The position numbers were made by a program, and so were the translations under genes. This document shows, one piece after another, positions 7,728 to 15,705 of a DNA stretch of 64,000 bases. Each line of letters starts with the position of its first letter. Position 1 is the stretch's first letter. The stretch comes from Vicinamibacteraceae bacterium. Lineage in GTDB: Bacteria > Acidobacteriota > Vicinamibacteria > Vicinamibacterales > JAFNAJ01. The notes under the pieces are model-generated. The model saw only the letters and a list, made by a program, of their open reading frames with translations. It was not told the DNA's origin and did not search any database. Where the stretch lies: NCBI GenBank assembly GCA_039812685.1, contig JBDIBB010000001.1, positions 44,203 to 108,202 on the forward strand, in the 5' to 3' direction.

Positions 7728-9552
7728 CGAGGCGGTATCTCACGGACGCCCGGCCGTAGAGGGGGCGCCAGACGGCGCGGTTCAGCAGCAGGACGGCGCC
7801 GACCATCGCGACGATCACCAGCACGATCATCTGCAGGTCGCCGCGCACGTAGGTCGCCTCGTCCAGCAGCGTCCCGATGCCGTCGACCGACCACGTACGA
7901 CCGTCGGCGGTGACCGATTCCGCCAGCACGAGCGCGTTCCAGCCGCCGCCCCATGCGGTGATGCTGCCGGTGATGAGGCTGGGCAGGGCCGCGGGCAGGA
8001 AGAAGCGGCGCAGGTACACGAGGCCACGCGCCTCGGTCATCCGTGCCAGTTCGCGCAGGTCCTCCGGCAATCCCTGCGCCGCCGCCACGAGGTTGAAGAG
8101 GAGGTACCACTGCATGCCCGTCAGCACGAGCAGGATGGCCGAGACGTTGAGGTCGAGGCCGAATCGCAGGACGCCGGCCACCAGCAGAGGGAAGAACGCG
8201 GTGGCTGGGATGCTGGCGAGCACCTGCACGGGCGGCATCACCAGCTCGACACGGCGGGCCGAGCGGCTCACCCACGCGGCCAGCGGCACGGTCCAGGCCA
8301 GGGAGATGGCGTAGGCCGCCAGCAGACGCAGGAAACTGAATCCGAGGGCGGTCGGAATCGTCAGGGCCTCGGGTGGCAGCGGCCGCAGCAGGACCTCGAC
8401 GATGGCGACCGCCCCGTACACGAGCACGGAGGCTGCTCCGGCGGCAGCCAGCCAGCCGACCACGCGCATCCACTGTCCGGAGAGCGCGTGCGCCACCGCC
8501 ACCAGCGCCATCCCCAGCCCGCTCGCGGCGGCCTGCCCGGTGGCGGCGAGCGCCCGGCGAACCCATGGCGCCTTTCCGGCCAGGACCCGCACCAGCGGCA
8601 CCGCGGCTTCGCCGGCGCCGCTCGTCTCGTAGCGGAAGCGGCCCGCCCAGGCCTCCAGCGGGCTCCAGACGAAGAGGTGCATCGACACGATCACGGCGAC
8701 CAGCATCGCCAGCCCCGCCACGGCCAGCGGCGCCCGGCCCCGCGCGATCGCCTGTCCGATGTAACTGCCCAGCCCCGGCAGGATCCAGGTCCCCTGTCCG
8801 ATGGCGATGATCTCGCTCGCGATCAGGAAGTACCAGCCTCCGGCCCACGACAGCATGCTGTTGTAGACCATCCGCGGCACGCAGGCCGGCAGCAGGAGGC
8901 GCCGCCACAGCACGGAGCCGTCGGCCCCGCTGAGGCGGACGGCCGTTCGCAGGTCTTTGGGAATGGTCGTCAGCGATTCGTAGGCACTGAAGGCGAGGTT
9001 CCACGCCTGGCTCGTGAAGATCAGGAACACGGCGGCCGCCTCCACGCCGATCGCGCGGCCGTGGGCCAGCCTGATGAAGAAGAACACGGCGGCCGGAAAG
9101 AACCCGAGGATCGGCACGGCCTGCAGCACGTCGAGGGCGGGAAGGATGAGGCGCCGGTCCCGAGGCGAGGCCGAAGCCCAGTAGCCCGCGCTCAACGCGA
9201 ACCCCAGCGAGAGCACGTAGGCCGCCAGCATGCGCAGGCCCGAGTACGCGGCGTAGAGCGGCAGCATCACCGGCGCGAGATCGAGCGTCGCGCTGGTTCG
9301 CGGCAGCACGTGCGGTTCGTCGATGAACAGCACGACCACGACCAGTGCCACCACCACGAGCGCGACGCCGTCGAAGGGGCCGGGCTGCCGGAACCGCGCA
9401 GGCGACCAGAGACGCAGCGGACGCCAGTCGTGGTGACTCACCCGCGGTACCCCAGGTCGGCGGAGCCGGGCTGTTGCGCCATTGGAGAATGCCCGCCAAG
9501 GTAGCACACCGGCTCGGCCCGGGCGGCGCGCCCGAGGCGACCGGGGACGCAT
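7720..9552 (-). CDS. ABC transporter permease with duplicated (fused) permease domains
   Basis: Two BPD_transp_1-like halves. First half: SQAWNLAFSAYESLTTIPKDLRTAVRLSGADGSVLWRRLLLPACVP. Second half: TGMQWYLLFNLVAAAQGLPEDLRELARMTEARGLVYLRRFFLPAALP. There is an 8-nt overlap with the ATPase start. The start is uncertain: ATG at 9552 or GTG at 9441. The track start at 9699 would overlap mltG. Confidence 0.8.
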   Translation of the reverse strand: MRPRSPRARRPGRAGVLPWRAFSNGATARLRRPGVPRVSHHDWRPLRLWSPARFRQPGPFDGVALVVVALVVVVLFIDEPHVLPRTSATLDLAPVMLPLYAAYSGLRMLAAYVLSLGFALSAGYWASASPRDRRLILPALDVLQAVPILGFFPAAVFFFIRLAHGRAIGVEAAAVFLIFTSQAWNLAFSAYESLTTIPKDLRTAVRLSGADGSVLWRRLLLPACVPRMVYNSMLSWAGGWYFLIASEIIAIGQGTWILPGLGSYIGQAIARGRAPLAVAGLAMLVAVIVSMHLFVWSPLEAWAGRFRYETSGAGEAAVPLVRVLAGKAPWVRRALAATGQAAASGLGMALVAVAHALSGQWMRVVGWLAAAGAASVLVYGAVAIVEVLLRPLPPEALTIPTALGFSFLRLLAAYAISLAWTVPLAAWVSRSARRVELVMPPVQVLASIPATAFFPLLVAGVLRFGLDLNVSAILLVLTGMQWYLLFNLVAAAQGLPEDLRELARMTEARGLVYLRRFFLPAALPSLITGSITAWGGGWNALVLAESVTADGRTWSVDGIGTLLDEATYVRGDLQMIVLVIVAMVGAVLLLNRAVWRPLYGRASVRYRLDG

Positions 9553-9586
9553 GCGCGGGTGACGGCACCCGGGCGCCGGGACGCCG

Positions 9587-10639
9587 TCAGCGGGCCCCGG
9601 CCCGCTCGCGGGCGCGCCGCTCGCGGAAGTACCGAATCTGGTACTGCTCCACGTTGCGGTTGTGCTCCGGCAGCGACGAGGCGAACACGTGCGAGCCATC
9701 GTTGCGGCTCACGAAGTAGAGATAGGGCACCGCGGCCGGCGCCAGCGCGGCCTCGATGGCGCCCAGCCCGGGCGCGGCAATCGGGCCCGGCGGCAGTCCG
9801 GCGTAGCGATACGTGTTGTAGGGCGAATCGATCTGCAGCCCCGCGCGGGTGATGTTGCCGTTCCACTGACCGGCCCGCATCAGCGCGTAAATCACGGTCG
9901 GATCGCACTGCAGCCCCATGCCGATGCGCAGCCGGCTGGCATAGACGCCGGCCACGATCGGGCGCTCGTCGGGCCGCGCGGTCTCCTTCTCCACGAGTGA
10001 GGCGAGCGTCACCGTCTCGCGCACGGATCGCGTGTAATCGGCTCCGCGCACGGCCCACCGCGGCTCGAACGCCTTGCGGAACTGCCGCACCATCAGGCCC
10101 ACCAGGTCGGCGGCGCTGGCGCTGCGCGGCAACGCATAGGTGTCGGGGAACAGGTACCCCTCGAGATCGCCCGCGCGCGGGTCGAGATCGAGCATGGCCG
10201 CTGGATCGGCGGCCGCAGCCCGGAACGATGCGGCCGATCCGAATCCGCGCTGCTCGAAGATCACGGCCATCTCCGCGATCGTGAGCCCTTCCGGGAAGGT
10301 AATCGGTCGCAGGAACACGTCGCCGCGCGCCAGTCGATCGATCACTTCACGCGGGGTGGCAGCCTCGCTGAACCGGTACTCTCCCGCCTTGAGCGCGCGC
10401 TCGCGGCCGTACCGCCATGCCGCCAGGCGGAACGTCCACTCGTCGGCGACGACGCCGGCCTGGACCAGCCGCCGGCCAATCGCCCGCACACCGGTCCCCG
10501 GCGCGATGTCGACGAACACCTCCTCGCCCTCGAAGGCGCGGAACGGCGTCGACAGGCGGCGATCCGCCTCCCACCAGGCGGCCGCTGCCCCCGCCGCCAC
10601 CACCACGGCCAGCAGCAGGAGGCGTCGCAGCCACCTCAC
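9587..10639 (-). CDS. mltG: Endolytic murein transglycosylase MltG (YceG family)
   Basis: N-terminal TM helix. Motifs: LKAGEYRF, FPEGLT, LEGYLFPDTY, ASLVEKET, VYASRLRIGMGLQCDPTVIY, SPYNTYRYAGLPPGPIAAPG. Confidence 0.9.
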   Translation of the reverse strand: MRWLRRLLLLAVVVAAGAAAAWWEADRRLSTPFRAFEGEEVFVDIAPGTGVRAIGRRLVQAGVVADEWTFRLAAWRYGRERALKAGEYRFSEAATPREVIDRLARGDVFLRPITFPEGLTIAEMAVIFEQRGFGSAASFRAAAADPAAMLDLDPRAGDLEGYLFPDTYALPRSASAADLVGLMVRQFRKAFEPRWAVRGADYTRSVRETVTLASLVEKETARPDERPIVAGVYASRLRIGMGLQCDPTVIYALMRAGQWNGNITRAGLQIDSPYNTYRYAGLPPGPIAAPGLGAIEAALAPAAVPYLYFVSRNDGSHVFASSLPEHNRNVEQYQIRYFRERRARERAGAR

Positions 10640-10669
10640 CGGCGGACCTCGCGCAGCCGACGAACGTGC

Positions 10670-11119
10670 TCAGCGGCTCCCGGCATCGATCACCTGTCGG
10701 AGGGCCGTCGCCGCGCGCCGATCCAGCACGTCCTGGAGGATGACGGCAGCGGCTGCCGCGTCGATCTTCTTCTTGCGCGCGCGCCAGTCGGGTTCGAGTT
10801 CGGCCAGCCGTGCCTCGGCCTCGACGCTCGTCAGCCGCTCGTCCTCGAACACCACCGGCACGCCGCAGCGCGCGGCCAGCGCCTGACCGAAGGCGCGGGC
10901 GGCTGGTGTCGCCTGCGTCTCGCCGCCATCGAGCCGCTTCGGCAATCCGACCACGATCAGCGCAACGCCGTCCTCGTCGAGTTCGCGGATCAGGGCGATG
11001 GCCGCTTCCAGCGCATCGCGCCCATGGAGCACGCGGTAGGGCCGCGCCAGCGTGCCTGAAGCGTCACTCACGGCAACGCCCGTCCGCTTGGATCCGACGT
11101 CGAAGGCCACCAGTCTCAC
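10670..11119 (-). CDS. ruvX: Holliday junction resolvase-like protein RuvX (YqgF)
   Basis: MRLVAFDVGSKRTGVAVSD...IVVGLPKRLDGGE...FEDERLTSVEAE. Shows conserved ruvX-mltG synteny. Confidence 0.9.
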   Translation of the reverse strand: MRLVAFDVGSKRTGVAVSDASGTLARPYRVLHGRDALEAAIALIRELDEDGVALIVVGLPKRLDGGETQATPAARAFGQALAARCGVPVVFEDERLTSVEAEARLAELEPDWRARKKKIDAAAAAVILQDVLDRRAATALRQVIDAGSR

Positions 11120-11219
11120 GCCGGCGAGCGTAGCACGAGGCCGGGTCCGACGGCGGCCTGCGCCAGCGCGCCTGCGCTACACTCTTGCCGGTTGCCCGCC
11201 CGAAAGGTTCCAGAACGCG

Positions 11220-13298
11220 ATGATCCGCCCGAGCCGAGTCTCCATCGCCTGCGCCGTGGCCGCGGGCCTGGCCCTCGTCCCGCTGGCCTGCTCCCGCGCT
11301 GCCGCGCCGGCACGCTCCTTCTCCCAGAAGCTCGTCGTGCTCGGCTTCGACGGTATGGATCCCGATTTGGTGCGCGAGTGGGCGGCGGCCGGCAAGCTGC
11401 CGAACATGAAGGCGCTGATGGATCGCGGCGGGCTCTACGACCTCGGCACCACGCACTCGCCCGAATCGCCCACCGCGTGGGCGTCGTTCGCAACCGGCGT
11501 CAACCCGGGCAAGCACAACATCTACGACTTCCTCGTCCGCGACACGCAGACCTACCTGCCCGACCTGGGCATGGTGCGGCGGGAGCCGGCGAAGTTCCTG
11601 CTGGACTGGATCCCGATCTCCAGGCCGAAGGTCTTCTCGATTCGTGGCGGCACGTCGTTCTGGGTCACCGCCGGCGCGGCCGGCGTCCGCTCCAGCCTCC
11701 TCACGGTGCCCGTCACCTACCCGCCCGAGGACGTGCCCAACGGCGAGATGCTCGCCGGCCTCCCACTGCCCGACATCCGCGGGACGATGGGGACCTTCTC
11801 CTACTTCGGCACCGATCTGTCGCGCTACGAGGAAGGCACGACCGAATTCGGCGGCATCCTCAAGCGTCTGGTCTTCGACGATGGCGTGGCCGAGACCGCG
11901 CTCGATGGGCCGCCCAACCCGATCGTCCGGCAGCAGATGCTCGACCTGCGCCGCAAGCCCGGCCTGACCGAGGCCGATCGCGCCCAGCTCGCGGCCCTCG
12001 GCGCCCGGGCCGACGTGAAGGTGCCGCTCGCGGTCCGGTGGACGCGCGGCAGCGACACGGCCGTCATCGAGATCCAGGGGCACCGCCTCACGCTCAGGGC
12101 GCGCGAGTGGAGCCCCTGGGTCACGCTCACGTTCCGCGTGAACGTGTTCGTCAGCCTCGAGGGCATGCTGCAGTTCTTCGTCGCCGGCGCGGGCAACGAC
12201 CTGCAGCTCTACGCGTCGCCGGTGAACTGGCGCCCCCAGGCGCCGCCGCTGCCGATCTCGATGCCCGAGCGCTTCGCGCAGGAACTGGCCGTGCAGCTGG
12301 GCACCTACCGCACGCTGGGCTGGGCCGAGGCCACCTGGCCGCTCGACGAGGGGCGGCTCGACGAGGATGCGTTCATGGAGGACCTCTACCGCGCCTTCGA
12401 CGATCGGGCGCGCGTCATCCTCAACCGCGTCGACGCGAAGAACTGGGACCTGCTGGTCGGCGTCATCGAGGCCACCGATCGCGTGCAGCACATGATGTGG
12501 CGCCTCATCGATCCGCAGCACCCGATGTACGACACGGCGCTGGCCGCGCGCCACGGGGACGCCATCCTGCGCGTCTACCAGCGTTCCGACCAGTTCGTGG
12601 GCGAAGTGCTCCGGCGCATCGACCCCTCCACGCCGGTGCTGATCGTCTCCGATCACGGCTTCCACTCCTTCCGCAAGGCGGTGAACCTCAACACGTGGCT
12701 GGCGCAGGAGGGCTTCCTGGCGCTCAAGGGCCAGTCGGGGCCGAGCCAGGACAAGAACCTGCTCGACCTGTTCGGAGCCGGTACGTTCTGGGAGCACGTG
12801 GACTGGTCGCGCACGCGCGCCTATGCGATGGGGCTCGGCCAGATCTACTTCAACCTGCGCGGCCGCGAGGGCCAGGGCATCGTCAGCCCGGGTGCCGAGG
12901 CGAAGGCACTGGCCGAGGACCTCGCCGCCGCGCTGCTCGCCCTGACCGATCCGGAGAACGGCGAGCGCGTCGTGCAGAACGTCTACAAGCGCGACGATGT
13001 CTACAGCGGGCCCTACCTGCAGAACGCGTCCGACCTGCAGGTGGGATTCCGCGACGGGTACCGCGTCTCGTGGCAGACCGCGCTCGGCGGCACGCCGGCC
13101 GGCATCATCTACCCGAACATGCGCAAGTGGAGCGCCGATCACGGCAGCTTCGATCTCGCCGACACGGCCGGCGTGCTGATCTCCTCGGTGAAGCTGCCCG
13201 GCCCGCGCTACGACATCACCGACGTGGCACCGAGCGTCCTGCGCTACTTCGGCCTCACGCCGCCGGCCGATCTCGATGGCAAGGCCTTCCTGCCCTGA
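11220..13298 (+). CDS. Alkaline-phosphatase-superfamily enzyme (type I phosphodiesterase/nucleotide pyrophosphatase family), probable lipoprotein
   Basis: ATG at 11220, in frame with track ORF 11052..13298. Lipobox-like signal sequence: AAGLALVPLAC. Motifs: VVLGFDGMDPDL...THSPESPTAWASFATGVNPGKHNIYDF...IVSDHGFHSF...WSADHG. Confidence 0.8.
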   Translation: MIRPSRVSIACAVAAGLALVPLACSRAAAPARSFSQKLVVLGFDGMDPDLVREWAAAGKLPNMKALMDRGGLYDLGTTHSPESPTAWASFATGVNPGKHNIYDFLVRDTQTYLPDLGMVRREPAKFLLDWIPISRPKVFSIRGGTSFWVTAGAAGVRSSLLTVPVTYPPEDVPNGEMLAGLPLPDIRGTMGTFSYFGTDLSRYEEGTTEFGGILKRLVFDDGVAETALDGPPNPIVRQQMLDLRRKPGLTEADRAQLAALGARADVKVPLAVRWTRGSDTAVIEIQGHRLTLRAREWSPWVTLTFRVNVFVSLEGMLQFFVAGAGNDLQLYASPVNWRPQAPPLPISMPERFAQELAVQLGTYRTLGWAEATWPLDEGRLDEDAFMEDLYRAFDDRARVILNRVDAKNWDLLVGVIEATDRVQHMMWRLIDPQHPMYDTALAARHGDAILRVYQRSDQFVGEVLRRIDPSTPVLIVSDHGFHSFRKAVNLNTWLAQEGFLALKGQSGPSQDKNLLDLFGAGTFWEHVDWSRTRAYAMGLGQIYFNLRGREGQGIVSPGAEAKALAEDLAAALLALTDPENGERVVQNVYKRDDVYSGPYLQNASDLQVGFRDGYRVSWQTALGGTPAGIIYPNMRKWSADHGSFDLADTAGVLISSVKLPGPRYDITDVAPSVLRYFGLTPPADLDGKAFLP

Positions 13299-14460
13299 CC
13301 GCCGGCCCGGCCGCTGCCTGCCGGCCGTGGCGCTCGCCGTGGCGATCGCCCTGGCGGCAGCGCCCGCCGCGCCACAACCGCCGGGCACACCGGACCGGGC
13401 CGAGCAGTTGCGCGCGCAGGAGCGCCGCGCCGCCGACCGGCTGCAGGTGCTGCAGCGGGAGGCCGACGCCCTGGCCGGGCAGCAGCGCGGCGTGCTCGAT
13501 CGGTTGCGCGCGCTCGAACTGCAGCGCGATCTCGCGGCGGTCGAGGCCACGCGCGCAGCCGCGGCGCTGGGCGCGGCCGAGGCCGATCTCGCCAGCCTGA
13601 CGGCGCGCCGTGCCGCCGTGCAGCGGGCGATGGATGCCAGGCGCCCCGAAATCCAGGCGCGACTGCTCGCGCTCTACGAAGCCGGCCCATCCGGCGATCT
13701 CCGACGCTGGCTGATGGTGGAGACCATGGCCGAGGCGGCGGCGGCCGGACGCCTGCTGGCCGCGGTCACCGCGCGTGACCGGCGCGAGTTCGCCGCGTTC
13801 TCCGCGCAGCGCGCCGAACTCGACGCGCAAGACGAGGCGCTGCGCCGCCAGCGGGAGGCGCTCGCACGCGCCAGGGCCGCCACCGAGGCCGCGCGCGTGG
13901 CCTCGTCGGAGGCCGCGGCGCGCCATGAGGCGCTGGTACGCGATCTCGACCGCCGGCGCGATCTCGCGGCACGGCTCACCGGCGAATTGCAGGCCGCGCA
14001 CGAGGCGCTGCAGAAGCAGCTCGACGGCCTCCCGGCCGCCGGCGGCACGATCGCGCTGCCGATCGCGCCGTTCCGCGGCACCCTGCCGTGGCCGGCCGCG
14101 GGCCGTGTCGTCGGCCGCTACGGGCGCACCGCCACCTCACGATTCGGCACCGCCGTCCCCAGGAACGGCATCGAAATCGCCGCCCCGGAGGGCACCCCGG
14201 TGCGCGCGGTCCACGAAGGCCGCGTCGCCTTCGCCGGCGAGTTCGCCGGGCTCGGCCGGCTCGTCATCCTCGATCACGGCGGCAGCACCTTCAGCCTCTA
14301 CGGGTACCTGCAGGAACTGGACGTCCAGCGCGGCGCCGCCGTGGAGCGCGGCGGCGTCGTCGGCCTCTCCGGGCGATCGCCGTCGGGCGAGGGCGTCGTC
14401 TACTTCGAGCTGCGCGTCGACGCGCGCCCGGTCAATCCGCTAGAATGGCTGCACCGGTGA
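13276..14460 (+). CDS. EnvC-like murein hydrolase activator (coiled coil plus degenerate LytM/M23 domain)
   Basis: Signal peptide, then about 230 aa of Ala/Arg/Glu/Leu-rich coiled coil, then a C-terminal LytM fold: GIEIAAPEGTPVRAVHEGRVAFAGEFAGLGRLVILDHGGSTFSLYGYL...VVYFELRVDARPVNPLEWL. The canonical M23 metal ligands (HxxxD, HxH) read RNGIE and VVY, so they are lost, as in EnvC. Confidence 0.8.
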   Translation: MARPSCPDRRPGRCLPAVALAVAIALAAAPAAPQPPGTPDRAEQLRAQERRAADRLQVLQREADALAGQQRGVLDRLRALELQRDLAAVEATRAAAALGAAEADLASLTARRAAVQRAMDARRPEIQARLLALYEAGPSGDLRRWLMVETMAEAAAAGRLLAAVTARDRREFAAFSAQRAELDAQDEALRRQREALARARAATEAARVASSEAAARHEALVRDLDRRRDLAARLTGELQAAHEALQKQLDGLPAAGGTIALPIAPFRGTLPWPAAGRVVGRYGRTATSRFGTAVPRNGIEIAAPEGTPVRAVHEGRVAFAGEFAGLGRLVILDHGGSTFSLYGYLQELDVQRGAAVERGGVVGLSGRSPSGEGVVYFELRVDARPVNPLEWLHR

Positions 14461-14487
14461 ACAGGTCGGTTCTTCCCTGATCCGCGC

Positions 14488-15669
14488 ATGAATGCACGCA
14501 CCCGCCTCGCTGTCCTGCTCGTCGCGACACCACTGGTGGTCTTCGCGCTCGTCGGCGGCTTCCTCGGCCAGGCATCGGCCCGGGAAGAGAGCTACCAGCA
14601 CCTCCGGATCTTCGAGGACGTGGTGTCGCTGATCACCAGCAATTACGTCGAGGACGTGAACGTCGACAAGGTGATGGACGGCGCGATGCGCGGGCTCGCC
14701 GAGGGCCTGGACGCCGACAGCGCGTGGCTCACGCCCGACCAGGTGGCACAGGCCGCGAAGGGCGGGCCGCTGCCGGAAGGCGACACCGGCATCGACATCG
14801 TGCGGCAGTACTACCTTCGCGTGGTCTCGGTGCGCGACGGATCCCCGGCCGCCGGCGCCGGCCTGCGTACGGGCGACTACCTCCGCATGATCGACGGCAA
14901 GCCGACCCGCGATCTCTCGGCCTTCGAAGGTCGCCGGCTGCTCCGCGGCCCGGCGGGCTCGACCGTGAAGCTGCTCGTGCTGAGGGGGAGCGCGGCCGAA
15001 CCTCACGAGGTGATGCTCACCAGGCAGAAGCTGCCGCCGGCGGCGGTCACGGGCAGGCTGGTCGAGCGCGACGTGGCGCTGGTCCGGATTCCCGCGTTCA
15101 CGAAGGACACCGCCGGCCAGGTGTCGCGCGCAATTGCCGATCTCCAGAAGCAGGGCGCCTCCCGCGTGCTGCTCGACGTGCGCGCGACGTCGGTGGGCGA
15201 ACCAGCCGACGGTCTCCCGACGGCGCGGCTGTTCGTCGCCTCCGGCACGCTGGTGCAGCGCGAACAGCGCGATCACCCGTCCACTTCGATCGCGGCGGCC
15301 AGCGGCGACGGCCGCATCACCCTGCCACTGGTCGTGATGACCACGGCTGGCACGGCAGGCGCCGCCGAGGTGCTGGCCGCGGCCATCGCCGGCAACGAGC
15401 GCGGTGTGATCGTCGGGGAGCGCACGCTGGGGCGCGTCGCCGAGCAGAAACTGGTCCCGCTGAGCGACGGTAGCGGCCTGTGGCTCACCTACGCGAGATT
15501 CCTCACACCGGCGGGCAAGGCGCTGCACGGGCAGGGAGTGGAACCGACGGTCGCCGTCGAAGAACCTGATGTCGAGTTCGGCGCCGGCCCGCCCGAGACC
15601 GATCCCATTCTCACCAAGGCGCTCGAGACGCTGGCCACACGGCAGGCAGCGGTGCAGCCCGCCGGATGA
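14488..15669 (+). CDS. S41 family C-terminal processing peptidase homologue (Ctp/Tsp-like), apparently catalytically inactive
   Basis: N-terminal TM/signal, typical Ctp N-domain (YQHLRIFEDVVSLITSNYVEDVNVDKVMDGAMRGL) and PDZ domain (VSVRDGSPAAGAGLRTGDYLRMIDGKP). In the S41 core, the SASASE...GxxSFGKG motifs read TAGAAE (289-294) and GERTLGRV (310-317). Confidence 0.8.
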   Translation: MNARTRLAVLLVATPLVVFALVGGFLGQASAREESYQHLRIFEDVVSLITSNYVEDVNVDKVMDGAMRGLAEGLDADSAWLTPDQVAQAAKGGPLPEGDTGIDIVRQYYLRVVSVRDGSPAAGAGLRTGDYLRMIDGKPTRDLSAFEGRRLLRGPAGSTVKLLVLRGSAAEPHEVMLTRQKLPPAAVTGRLVERDVALVRIPAFTKDTAGQVSRAIADLQKQGASRVLLDVRATSVGEPADGLPTARLFVASGTLVQREQRDHPSTSIAAASGDGRITLPLVVMTTAGTAGAAEVLAAAIAGNERGVIVGERTLGRVAEQKLVPLSDGSGLWLTYARFLTPAGKALHGQGVEPTVAVEEPDVEFGAGPPETDPILTKALETLATRQAAVQPAG

Positions 15670-15705
15670 GGCACGCCACCACGGCGCACGCCGCGGCCGT
15701 CACGG

